64,000 nucleotides of DNA from Eledone cirrhosa (Eukaryota). Numbering within the stretch: the first letter of the stretch is position 1; every line of letters begins with the position of its first letter. The position numbers and the translations under genes were made by a program. The notes beneath the pieces were generated by a model, which saw only the letters and a program-made list of their open reading frames with translations, was not told the origin of the DNA and did no database searches. The DNA is taken from contig OZ024744.1 in the NCBI GenBank assembly GCA_964016885.1, positions 13,950,001 through 14,014,000 on the forward strand. Direction: 5' to 3'. Below are positions 30,001-43,800 of the stretch, in pieces.

Positions 30001-33000
30001 GCTACTCTCTAAATTGAGAGGTCACAACTCCAATACTATGGACATGGGATTTGAAAGTCTCAGTAGATCAGAGTGTCACCCCAGTTAAAGCTACTCTCTA
30101 AATTGAGAGATTACAACTCCAATACTATGGACATGTGGTTAGAATGTCTCAGTAGATTAGAGAGTCACTCCAGTTAAAGCCACTCTCTAAATTGAGAGAT
30201 CACAACTCCAATACTATGGACATGTGGTTAGAATGTCTCAGTAGATCAGAGTTTCACTCCAGTTAAAGCTACTCTCTAAATTGAGAGATCACAACTCCAA
30301 TACTATGGACATGGTGTTTGAATGTCTCAGTAGATCAATGAGTCGCTCAAGTTAAAGCCACTCTCTAAATTGAGAGATCACAACTCCAATACTATGGACA
30401 TGTGGTTAGAATGTCTCAGTAGATCAGAGTGTCACTCCAGTTAAAGCTACTCTCTATATTGAGAGATCACAACTCCCATACTATGGACATGTGGTTAGAA
30501 TGTCTCAGTAGATTAGAGTGTCATTCCAGTTAAAGCTACTCTCTAAATTGAGAGATCACAACTCCCATACTATTGACATGTGGGTAGAATGTCTCAGTAG
30601 ATCAGAGAGTCACTCCAGTTAAAGCCACTAATTCTCTAAATTGAGAGATCACAACTCCCATACTATGGACATATGGTTAGTATGTCTCAGTAGATCAGAG
30701 AGTCACTCCAGTTAAAGCCACTCTGTAAATTGACAGATCACAACTTCTATACTATGGACATGTGGTTAGAATGTCTCAGTAGATCAAAGAGTTACTCCAG
30801 TTAAAGCTACTCTCTAAATTGAGAGATCACAACTCCAATACTATGGACATGGGGTTTGATTGTCTCAGTAGATCAGAGTGTCACTCCAGTTAAAGCTACT
30901 CTCTAAATTGAGAGGTCACAACTCCAATACTATGGACATGGGATTTGAAAGTCTCAGTAGATCAGAGTGTCACCCCAGTTAAAGCTACTCTCTAAATTGA
31001 GAGATTACAACTCCAATTCTATGGACATGTGGTTAGAATGTCTCAGTAGATTAGAGAGTCACTCCAGTTAAAGCCACTCTCTAAATTGAGAGATCACAAC
31101 TCCAATACTATGGACATGTGGTTAGAATGTCTCAGTAGATCAGAGTTTCACTCCAGTTAAAGCTAATCTCTAAATTGAGAGATCACAACTCCAATACTAT
31201 GGACATGGGGTTTGAATGTCTCAGTAGATCAGAGTGTCACTCCAGTTAAAGCTACTCTCTAAATTGAGAGATCACAACTCGAATACTATGGACATGGGGT
31301 TTGAATGTCTCAGTAGATCAGAGTGTCACTTCAGTTAAAGCTACTCTCTAAATTGAGAGATCACAACTCCAATACTATGGACATGGTGTTTGAAAGTCTC
31401 AGTAGATCAGAGTGTCACTCCAGTTAAAGCTACTCTCTAAATTGAGAGATTACAACTCCAATATTATGGACATGTAGTTAGAATGTCTCAGTAGATTAGA
31501 GAGTCACTCCAGTTAAAGCCACTCTCTAAATTGAGAGTTCACAACTCCAATACTATGGACATGTGGTTAGAATGTCTCAGTAGATCAGAGTGTCACTCCA
31601 GTTAAAGCCACTCTCTAAATTGAGAGATCATAACTTCCATACTATGGACATGTGGTTAGAATGTCTCAGTAGATCAGAGAGTCACTCCAGTTAAAGCCAC
31701 TCACTAAATTGAGAGATCACAACTCCAATACTATGGACATGGGGTCTGAAAGTCTCAGTACATCAGAGTGTCACTCCAGTTAAAGTTACTCTCTAAATTG
31801 AGAGATCACAACTCCAATACTTTGGACATGGGGTTTGAATGTCTCAGTAGATCAGAGAATCACTCCAGTTAAAGCTACTCTCTAAATTGAGAGATCACAA
31901 CCCCAATACTATGGACATGGGGTTTGAAAGTCTCAGTAGATCAGAGTGTCACTCCAGTTAAAGCTATTCTCTAAATTGAGAGATTACAACTCCAATACTA
32001 TGGACATGGGATTTGAATGTCTCAGTAGATCAGAGAGTCACTCCAGTTAAGGCTACTCTCTAAATTGAGAGATCACAACTCCAATACTATGGACATGGGG
32101 TTTGAAAGTCTCAGTAGATCAGAGTGTCACTCCAGTTAAAGCTACTCTCTAAATTGAGAGATTACAACTCCAATACTATGGACATGGGGTTTGAAAGTCT
32201 CAGTAGATCAGAGTGTCACTCCAGTTAAAGCTACTCTCTAAATTGAGAGATTACAACTCCAATACTATGGACATGTGGTTAGAATGTCTCAGTAGATTAG
32301 AGAGTCACTCCAGTTAAAGCCACTCTCTAAATTGAGAGATCACAACTCCAATACTATGGACATGTGATTAGAATGTCTCAGTAGATTATAGAGTCACTCC
32401 AGTTAAAGCCACTCTCTAAATTGAGAGATCACAACTCCAATACTATGGACATGTGGTTAGAAAGTCTCAGTAGATCAGAGTGTCACTCCAGTTAAAGCTA
32501 ATCTCTAAATTGAGAGATTACAACTCCAATACTATGGACATGGGGTTTGAATGTCTCAGTAGATCAGAGTGTCACTCCAGTTAAAGCTACTCTCTAAATT
32601 GAGAGATCACAACTCCAATACTATGGACATGGGGTTTGAATGTCTCAGTAGATCAGAGAGTCACTTCAGTTAAAGCTACTCTCTAAATTGAGAGATCACA
32701 ACTCCAATACTATGGACATGGGGTTTGAAAGTCTCAGTAGATCAGAGTGTCACTCCAGTTAAAGCTACTCTCTAAATTGAGAGATTACAACTCCAATACT
32801 ATGGACATGTGGTTAGAATGTCTCAGTAGATTAGAGAGTCACTCCAGTTAAAGCCACTCTCTAAATTGAGAGATCACAACTCCAATACTATGGACATGTG
32901 GTTAGAATGTCTTAATAGATCAGAGTGTCACTCCAGTTAAAGCCACTCTCTAAATTGAGAGATCATAACTTCCATACTATGGACATGTGGTTAGAATGTC

Positions 33001-36000
33001 TCAGTAGATCAGAGATTCACTCCAGTTAAAGCCACTCTCTAAATTGAGAGCTCACAACTCCAATACTATGGTCATGTGGTTAGAATGTCTCAGTAGATCA
33101 GAGAGTCACTCCAGTTAAAGCCACTCTCTAAATTGAGAGATCACAACTCCAATACTATGGACATGGGGTTTGAATGTCTCAGTACATCAGAGTGTCACTC
33201 CAGTTAAAGCCACTCTCTAAATTGAGAGATCACAACTCCAATACTATGGTCATGTGGTTAGAATGTCTCAGAAGATCAGAGAGTCACTCCAGTTAAAGCC
33301 ACTCTCTAAATTGAGAGATCACAACTCCCATACTATGGACATGTGGGTATAATGTCTCAGTAGATCAGAGAGTCACTCCAGTTAAAGCCACTAATTCTCT
33401 AAATTGAGAGATCACAACTCCCATACTATGGACATGTGGTTAGAATGTCTCAGTAGATCAGAGACTCACTCCAGTTAAAGCCACCCTCTAAATTGAGAGA
33501 TCACAACTCCAATACTATGGACATGGGGTTTGAATGTCTCAGTAGATCAGAGTGTCACTCCAGTTAAACCCACTCTCTAAATTGAGAGATCACAACTCCC
33601 ATACTATGGACATGTGGTTAGAATGTCTCTGTAGATCAGAGAGTCACTCCAGTTAAAGCTACTCTCTAAATTGAGAGATAACAACTCCCATAGTATGGAC
33701 ATGTGGTTAGAATGTCTCAGTAGATCATAGAGTCACTCCAGTTAAAGCCACTCTCTAAATTGAGAGATCACAACTCCTATACTATGGACATGGGGTTAGA
33801 ATGTCTCAGTAGATCAGAGAGTCACTCCAGTTAAAGCTTCTCTCTAAATTGAGAGATCACAACTCCCATACTATGGACATGTGGTTAGAACGTCTCAGTA
33901 GATCAGAGAGTCACTTCAGTTAAAGCCACTCTCTAAATTGAGAGATCACAACTCCCATACTATGGACATGTGGTTAGAATGTCTCAGTAGATCAGAGTGT
34001 CACTCCAGTTAAAGCTACTCTCTATATTGAGAGATCACAACTCCCATACTATGGACATGTGGTTAGAATGTCTCAGTAGATTAGAGTGTCATTCCAGTTA
34101 AAGCTACTCTCTAAATTGAGAGATCACAACTCCCATACTATTGACATGTGGGTAGAACGTCTCAGTAGATCAGAGAGTCACTCCAGTTAAAGCCACTAAT
34201 TCTCTAAATTGAGAGATCACAACTCCCATACTATGGACATATGGTTAGTATGTCTCAGTAGATCAGAGAGTCACTCCAGTTAAAGCCACTCTGTAAATTG
34301 ACAGATCACAACTTCTATACTATGGACATGTGGTTAGAATGTCTCAGTAGATCAGAGAGTTACTCCAGTTAAAGCTACACTCTAAATTGAGAGATCACAA
34401 CTCCAATACTATGGACATGGGGTTTGATTGTCTCAGTAGATCAGAGTGTCACTCCAGTTAAAGCTACTCTCTAAATTGAGAGGTCACAACTCCAATACTA
34501 TGGACATGGGATTTGAAAGTCTCAGTAGATCAGAGTGTCACCCCAGTTAAAGCTACTCTCTAAATTGAGAGATTACAACTCCAATACTATGGACATGTGG
34601 TTAGAATGTCTCATTAGATTAGAGAGTCACTCCAGTTAAAGCCACTCTCTAAGTTGAGAGATCACAACTCCAATACTATGGACATGTGGTTAGAATGTCT
34701 CAGTAGATCAGAGTTTCACTCCAGTTAAAGCTAATCTCTAAATTGAGAGATCACAACTCCAATACTATGGACATGGGGTTTGAATGTCTCAGTAGATCAG
34801 AGTGTCACTCCAGTTAAAGCTACTCTCTAAATTGAGAGATCACAACTCCAATACTATGGACATGGGGTTTGAATGTCTCAGTAGATCAGAGAGTCACTTC
34901 AGTTAAAGCTACTCTCTAAATTGAGAGATCACAACTCCAATACTATGGACATGGGGTTTGAAAGTCTCAGTAGATCAGAGTGTCACTCCAGTTAAAGCTA
35001 CTCTCTAAATTGAGAGATTACAACTCCAATACTATGGACATGTGGTTAGAATGTCTCAGTAGATTAGAGAGTCACTCCAGTTAAAGCCACTCTCTAAATT
35101 GAGAGATCACAACTCCAATACTATGGACATGTGGTTAGAATGTCTCAGTAGATCAGAGTGTCACTCCAGTTAAAGCCACTCTCTAAATTGAGAGATCATA
35201 ACTTCCATACTATGGACATGTGGTTAGAATGTCTCAGTAGATCAGAGAGTCACTCCAGTTAAAGCCACTCTCTAAATTGAGAGATCACAACTCCAATACT
35301 ATGGACATGGGGTCTGAATGTCTCAGTAGATCAGAGAATCACTCCAGTTAAAGCTACTCTCTAAATTGAGAGATCACAACCCCAATACTATGGACATGGG
35401 GTTTGAAAGTCTCAGTAGATCAGAGTGTCACTCCAGTTAAAGCTATTCTCTAAATTGAGAGATTACAACTCCAATACTATGGACATGGGGTTTGAATGTC
35501 TCAGTAGATCAGAGAGTCACTCCAGTTAAAGCTACTCTCTAAATTGAGAGATCACAACTCCAATACTATGGACATGGGGTTTGAAAGTCTCAGTAGATCA
35601 GAGTGTCACTCCAGTTAAAGCTACTCTCTAAATTGAGAGATTACAACTCCAATACTATGGACATGGGGTTTGAAAGTCTCAGTAGATCAGAGTGTCACTC
35701 CAGTTAAAGCTACTCTGTAAATTGAGAGATTACAACTCCAATACTATGGACATGTGGTTAGAATGTCTCAGTAGATTAGAGAGTCACTCCAGTTAAAGCC
35801 ACTCTCTAAATTGAGAGATCACAACTCCAATACTATGGACATGTGATTAGAATGTCTCAGTAGATTAGAGAGTCACTCCAGTTAAAGCCACTCTCTAAAT
35901 TGAGAGATCACAACTCCAATACTATGGACATGTGGTTAGAAAGTCTCAGTAGATCAGAGTGTCACTCCAGTTAAAGCTAATCTCTAAATTGAGAGATCAC

Positions 36001-37195
36001 AACTCCAATACTATGGACATGGGGTTTGAATGTCTCAGTAGATCAGAGATTCACTCCAGTTAAAGCCACTCTCTAAATTGAGAGATCACAACTCCAATAC
36101 TATGGACATGGGGTTTGAATGTCTCAGTAGATCAGAGTGTCACTCCAGTTAAACCCACTCTCTAAATTGAGAGATCACAACTCCCATACTATGGACATGT
36201 GGTTAGAATGTCTCTGTAGATCAGAGAGTCACTCCAGTTAAAGCTACTCTCTAAATTGAGAGATAACAACTCCCATAGTATGGACATGTGGTTAGAATGT
36301 CTCAGTAGATCAGAGAGTCACTTCAGTTAAAGCCACTCTCTAAATTGAGAGATCACAACTCCCATACTATGGACATGTGGTTAGAATGTCTCAGTAGATC
36401 ATAGAGTCTCTCCAGTTAAAGCCACTCTCTAAATTGAGAGATCACAACTCCCATACTATGGACATGTGGTTAGAATGTCTCAGTAGATCAGAGAGTCACT
36501 CCAGTTGAAGCTACTCTCTAAATTGAGAGATCACAACTCCTATACTATGGACATGGGGTTAGAATGTCTCAGTAGATCAGAGAGTCACTCCAGTTAAAGC
36601 TTCTCTCTAAATTGAGAGATCACAACTCCCATACTATGGACATGTGGTTAGAATGTCTCAGTAGATCTGAGAGTCACTTCAGTTAAAGCCACTCTCTAAA
36701 TTGAGAGATCACAACTCCCATACTATGGACATGTGGTTAGAATGTCTCAGTAGATCAGAGAGTCACTCCAGTTAAAGCCTCTCTCTAAATTGAGAGATCA
36801 CAACTGCCATACTATGGACATGTGGTTAGAATGTCTCAGTAGATCAGAGTGTCAATCCAGTTAAAGCTACTCTCTAAATTGAGAGATCACAACTCCAATA
36901 CTATGGACATGTGGTTAGAATGTCTCAGTAGATCAGAGAGTCACTCCAGTTAAAGCCTCTCTCTAAATTGAGAGATCACAACTGCCATACTATGGACATG
37001 GGGTTTGAATGTCTCAGTAGATCAGAGTGTCACTCCAGTTAAAGCTACTCTCTAAATTGAGAGATCACAACTCCCATACTATGGACATGTGGTTAGAATG
37101 TCTCAGTAGATCAGAGTGTCACTCCAGTTAAAGCTACTCTCTAAATTGAGAGATCACAACTCCCATACTATGGACATGTGGTTAGAATGTCTCAG
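1..37195 (+). repeat. 89-bp satellite array (~417 copies, open at the window's left edge) with interspersed 93-bp variants
   Basis: Consensus TGTCTCAGTAGATCAGAGWGTCACTCCAGTTAAAGCYACTCTCTAAATTGAGAGATCACAACTCCMATACTATGGACATGTGGTTAGAA recurs with period 89 (starts at 1, 90, 179...). The last copy ends ...ATGTCTCAG at 37195. The 93-bp variant carries CCACTAATTCTCT (e.g. 1371, 7341, 12781, 21171). Confidence 0.99.
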
Positions 37196-37531
37196 GAAAG
37201 TACTGCTGGACAGATTTTACGGGTAAAACTAACCAATCGGGGTTGACTCCAAGCAACATGGTTGGATAACATCCACGGCTTGGGGATCTAGCCGGATCAG
37301 TTGGAGATGGTTGCCCTTGACAGGACCTGCTGGAAGGAGTGTTTGGGGACTCTGGCGCATTACTCTCTCTGGAAAGAAGAAGAAGAAGAAGGAGGAGGAG
37401 GAGGAGGAGAAGAAGAAGAAGAAGAAGAAGAAGAAGAAGAAGGAGAAGAAGAAGAAGAAGAAGAAGAAGAAGAGAAGAAGAAGAAGAAGAAGAAGAAGAA
37501 GAAGAAGAAGAAGAAGAAGAAGAAGAGAAGA
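37196..37531 (+). mobile_element. 3' end of an RTE-clade (Rex3/Expander-like) LINE with (GAA)n tail, degenerate
   Basis: Continues the last monomer in frame: IERSQLPYYGHVVRMSQ|ESTAGQILRVKLTNRG*LQATWLDNIHGLGI*PDQLEMVALDRTCWKECLG. This resembles the RTE C-terminal pattern IERSQLRW.GH..RM...RW.D...LGI...L..VA..R..W. It is followed by (GAA/GGA)n at ~37376-37531. Confidence 0.82.
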
Positions 37532-37620
37532 GCCAAAGCTGACGTTGGTTGGATTTGAACTCAGAATGTAAAAATACCAGAGTTGCATTTTATCCAACAC
37601 TTAACTCCATTCTGCCAGTA
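37532..37620 (+). mobile_element. SINE fragment (3' part)
   Basis: GCCAAAGCTGACGTTGGTTGGATTTGAACTCAGAATG aligns with GGCAAAGTTAACCTCGG.GGGATTTGAACTCAGAATG in the copies at 37.9 kb and 49.8 kb. Confidence 0.65.
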
Positions 37621-37829
37621 CATTTGTCTGTATCGCACCAAAATATTAATACGGAATGATTTGTAAGCAAGCACGTGTCTACGTGTTCAAACATCGTAGT
37701 TGAGGATTTCCTCCTGAATATCTGTGTTTTTGTACCTGGAATTGCCTCAACACTTCATTAGGGAAGAAACTACAAATATACACAACCAAGTTGGAATTGT
37801 CCTTCATTCAATATAAATAAATTATATGA

Positions 37830-38011
37830 TTGTTTTATTTCAGGCACAAGACCAGCAATTATACCAGTACATTACTGGTACTTTATTTTATCGACCCCCG
37901 TAGGGATGAAAGGCAAAGTTAACCTCGGCGTGATTTGAACTCTGAATGGCAAGGGCCGTAACTCTATGCGTCAAAGCGTCCGGCCCGCAACTGATACTGT
38001 CAATCCACCGC
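37830..38011 (+). mobile_element. SINE copy (family I recognise from cephalopod genomes)
   Basis: GGCACAAG.CCAGCAATT...ACTGGTACTTTATTTTATCGACCCC...GATGAAAGGCAAAGTTAACCTCGG..GATTTGAACTC, closely similar to the copy at 49754-49932. Confidence 0.8.
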
Positions 38012-38171
38012 ATAATGTATGTATGCATGGATCAGTAACTGACATACAGCGTTTCTAGGGTATTTCATTAAACGTGGTGGAGCATCTCCTCTCCAACACT
38101 GTATACAGCAGATTTCTCCCAGAAAAGGATAGAGAAGGAGAGAATGGAACTGAGAATGTGATATAAAGGAA

Positions 38172-38302
38172 GAATCGATCCCAGTACTAGACTGGTACTT
38201 TTTATCGACCTCGGTGGGATTTGAACTCAGAGAGCAGAGAGCCGGAATGAATACCATAAAACATTCTATCTGACATTCTAACGACTCTGCCAATTCGCTG
38301 CC
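38172..38302 (+). mobile_element. SINE copy, internally deleted
   Basis: CCAGTACTAGACTGGTACTTTTTATCGACCTCGGTGGGATTTGAACTCAG shares the core of the other SINE copies. Confidence 0.7.
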
Positions 38303-38303
38303 A

Positions 38304-38470
38304 TCTATATATATAAAACTGAGGATGTGTGTGTATGTCTACAGTTTGCAGCCGATTTTCTTCAAATTTGGAACAAACATGCATTATGTTCCCAGGATTG
38401 TTTTGGACTCATAAAGATTTCAAGTTTTTGTCTAATGCGTCCCCTAGATAAATATTGGTTGGTTGCACGA
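38304..38470 (+). mobile_element. Probable 5' end of a non-autonomous Helitron
   Basis: A|TCTATATATATAAAA start, followed by a short GT tract and CCGATTTTCTTCAAATTTGG, a pattern typical of invertebrate Helitron-N 5' ends. No 3' CTRR end was identified. Confidence 0.4.
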
Positions 38471-38672
38471 AAACTATACACACACATATACATACATATA
38501 TATATATATCTAAAGAGAGAGAGAGCGAGAGAGGGAGATGCAGAGAGAGAGAGTGAGAGGTAAAGAGAGAGGGAGATAACCCGTTATACAGAGAGAGGTA
38601 CAAGATATTCAGATAGAGAGAGAGAGAGAATGGCGACGAACGCTGGTTTACACGCACGCACGCACGCACACG

Positions 38673-39410
<738 letters not shown>

Positions 39411-39653
39411 GAGAAAGAGAGAGAGGGGATATGAGAGAGAGAGGGCTTGAGAAATAAAGAGAGTGACTAACTTTTAATTATTTATTTATTTTTTACACAT
39501 TGTTCAACTCTCCCCTTTCCCCAGCCTTACGCCTGTTCCTCTCTTTCACACAAGACGTACTGTGTGTTGTGTCAGGGGAAGTTACAATGTCCGTACACAT
39601 ACACAAACACGCATCTATATATATATATACATGTATATATATACACACACACC

Positions 39654-39732
<79 letters not shown>

Positions 39733-39935
39733 CGGATGGTGCAGTGCACCTTACTGCTGCATTAGTGCGGTCGAAACTCGAGTCTGGGAACTACTATAGG
39801 CACTCGTTCTACGTGTGTTGTATTGAAGCGAATAACTATGTGTATACTCTGGGAATGTATCTTACATTACCCATGGAGTACGTTAAGATACAACCGGTCC
39901 TGACATTGATAAATATGCTGGGTCCGTCAAATCCT

Positions 39936-39972
<37 letters not shown>

Positions 39973-40166
39973 GATAAATCTACCAAGAGTTTACGGTAGT
40001 GTCCAATCCGTATGAAGAACTCAATGTAATCCGGATATCATGGAAAGAAGAGATGCAATGAAATATCACTTTCGGTGAAAGATAAACGGAATACAGAGTC
40101 AAGATAAAATATTAAAAAAATAATGAATAAAACAATGAAACAGTTCCTTATATTAAACAAAAAAAG

Positions 40167-40320
40167 TTCATTATTTAACGATCGTTTCTAGGATATATAT
40201 GTGTTAGAATTGGCATGCATATTCAACAGATCTATGTACAAAATTATACAAAATTATACAAACTATCAAAATTAAATATACATACCAACACATATATATG
40301 CCGTCTTCAGAAATAATGAA
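40167..40320 (-). ncRNA. Type I hammerhead ribozyme with very long stem-loop II (sense pLTR of element B)
   Basis: Minus strand: TTCATTATTT-CTGAAGA-[CGGC ATATATATGTGTT...AACACATATATAT CCTA]-GAAA-C GATC G-TT-AAATAATGAA. Perfect 10-bp stem I, palindromic stem III, GUU cleavage triplet. Confidence 0.8.
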
Positions 40321-40899
40321 ATATATTTATTGATAATAACACAATTCAAAATTACAGGTCTGTTTGGGAACAGAATTCAAATTGACCAATGAAAATACAA
40401 AAAGTTTATACAGTTAAGTGTGTGTATATATGTAATTAACTTCGTTCACAGATATGCATAAAGATGTATGTTCACATGCATACGCATGCCAAAAAGATGT
40501 ATGTAAATACAAAAATTCAAGGCTAATGTCTCTGTATGTTTATAATCTACAGATAAAATACGTATAAAAACAAATATACACACACATTTTTATATACTCA
40601 CACATATACGTACATTCACACACACACGCGCGTATACGCATAAACATACACACAACCACGAACATACATACACACACACACACCCACGCACATATATATG
40701 TGTGTATATACTATTATCATAAGCATATGGACATTAATGCGCGCACATAAACACTGCCACACATATTTAGATCCAGATACAGAAAGTAGGTGGGGGGGGG
40801 AGAGGTCAGTATTTAGCGGTGTCAGCAAGCTGCCTATTTATAAATGTATCTATAAATTTAGAAATAAAAATAAAATAAAAATAAAAAAGAAATATATCA

Positions 40900-42630
<1,731 letters not shown>

Positions 42631-42809
42631 TTACAAATACAAATAATAATAGTGGGGGGAAGGGGGGAGGGGGGGGGGATTATAGTAAATATAGGTTTCA
42701 AGAAACATAGAATATTAATCTGTATTTAGATCATAATATGCGTTTACATAGTAGTTTCAGTATTAGGAAATGTAAGAAAGAAGGCAAAATTATGCATTTC
42801 AATATAAGT

Positions 42810-43199
42810 ATACCATTAATTATAGGTTAACTAAATTAAAGATAGTTAATATATTGATTTCTAAAGTGTATACTACTTAGGTTTATAATATTTGAAGCGG
42901 AATTTTGAAGTTAAATAGTAGTAGGGTATTAATTATAGTATAACTAAATTAAAATTATTAACGTTATGGTATCAATATTAGGAAATGAATTTAGTAATAG
43001 GGAAAAAACAAATAAAGTATTACATCGGTAGTAGAATATAAATTATAGGTTAACGAAATTAAAAATTATATATTAATTTCTATAGTATATGTTAATTAGG
43101 TTTATAATAATTAAAACAGATATTGTATTTTATCCATAGTAGAATATAATTATAGGTAAACAGAAATTAAAATTAATACATACACACATACATATACAC

Positions 43200-43262
<63 letters not shown>

Positions 43263-43800
43263 TACACATACATATACATATTTTTTCAAAAATTGCAAAG
43301 AATATATTAACTAGGTATACATCCAAAACCTATCTCAGTCTATGATTACATGACACTCTGCAATCCATCTGTATTAGGATATTAATTTTAAGCCAATTAA
43401 ATTAAGTTTTTAGGTTAACCAAATTTAAAACCAAATTATAAATATATTTCTAAAATGTACATTAATTAGGTCTATAATACTAAAAATTATTTCTCTGTCA
43501 TTGAATACACGATATTTTGTTATATTTTATCTGTAAAGGAATTTTAATAAAAGGTTAAATAAATTAAAATTAATCTATAAATTAATTTACGAAGTATATA
43601 TTAGTAATATTTAAAAGTTTTTCATAATTTATGATTACACAATATTTTATAATCTCATCTGTAGTAGAATTTTAATTAAATTAAATTTATAGGTTAACTA
43701 ACATTTAAATTAAAATATATATTAATTTCTAGAATAATGTTATTAATTAGGTTTATAATATTTAAATGTTTTTCTTAGTTTATGATTACACGATATAATT
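42810..43800 (-). repeat. Degenerate ~110-140-bp AT-rich tandem repeat overlapping the stop codon of element B
   Basis: The motif TATAGGTTAAC.AAATTAAA...ATTAATTTCTA...TTAATTAGGTTTATAATA recurs near 42820, 43045, 43410 and 43690, with weaker copies between. Confidence 0.75.

Noticed and set aside
1-37195. CRISPR array or repetitive protein-coding gene
   Set aside because: There are no unique spacers and no cas genes. Every monomer has stops in the LINE-derived frame, and 89 is not a multiple of 3.
37229-37600. Poly-E/K/R/L/F ORFs
   Set aside because: These are translations of the (GAA)n tail. Only the short N-terminal part of 37301-37558 is real LINE remnant.
39730-39795. Possible extra hammerhead (GAAAC TCGA GTC)
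   Set aside because: The 3' half looks right, but I found no CUGANGA or matching stem I upstream. At best it is a decayed remnant.
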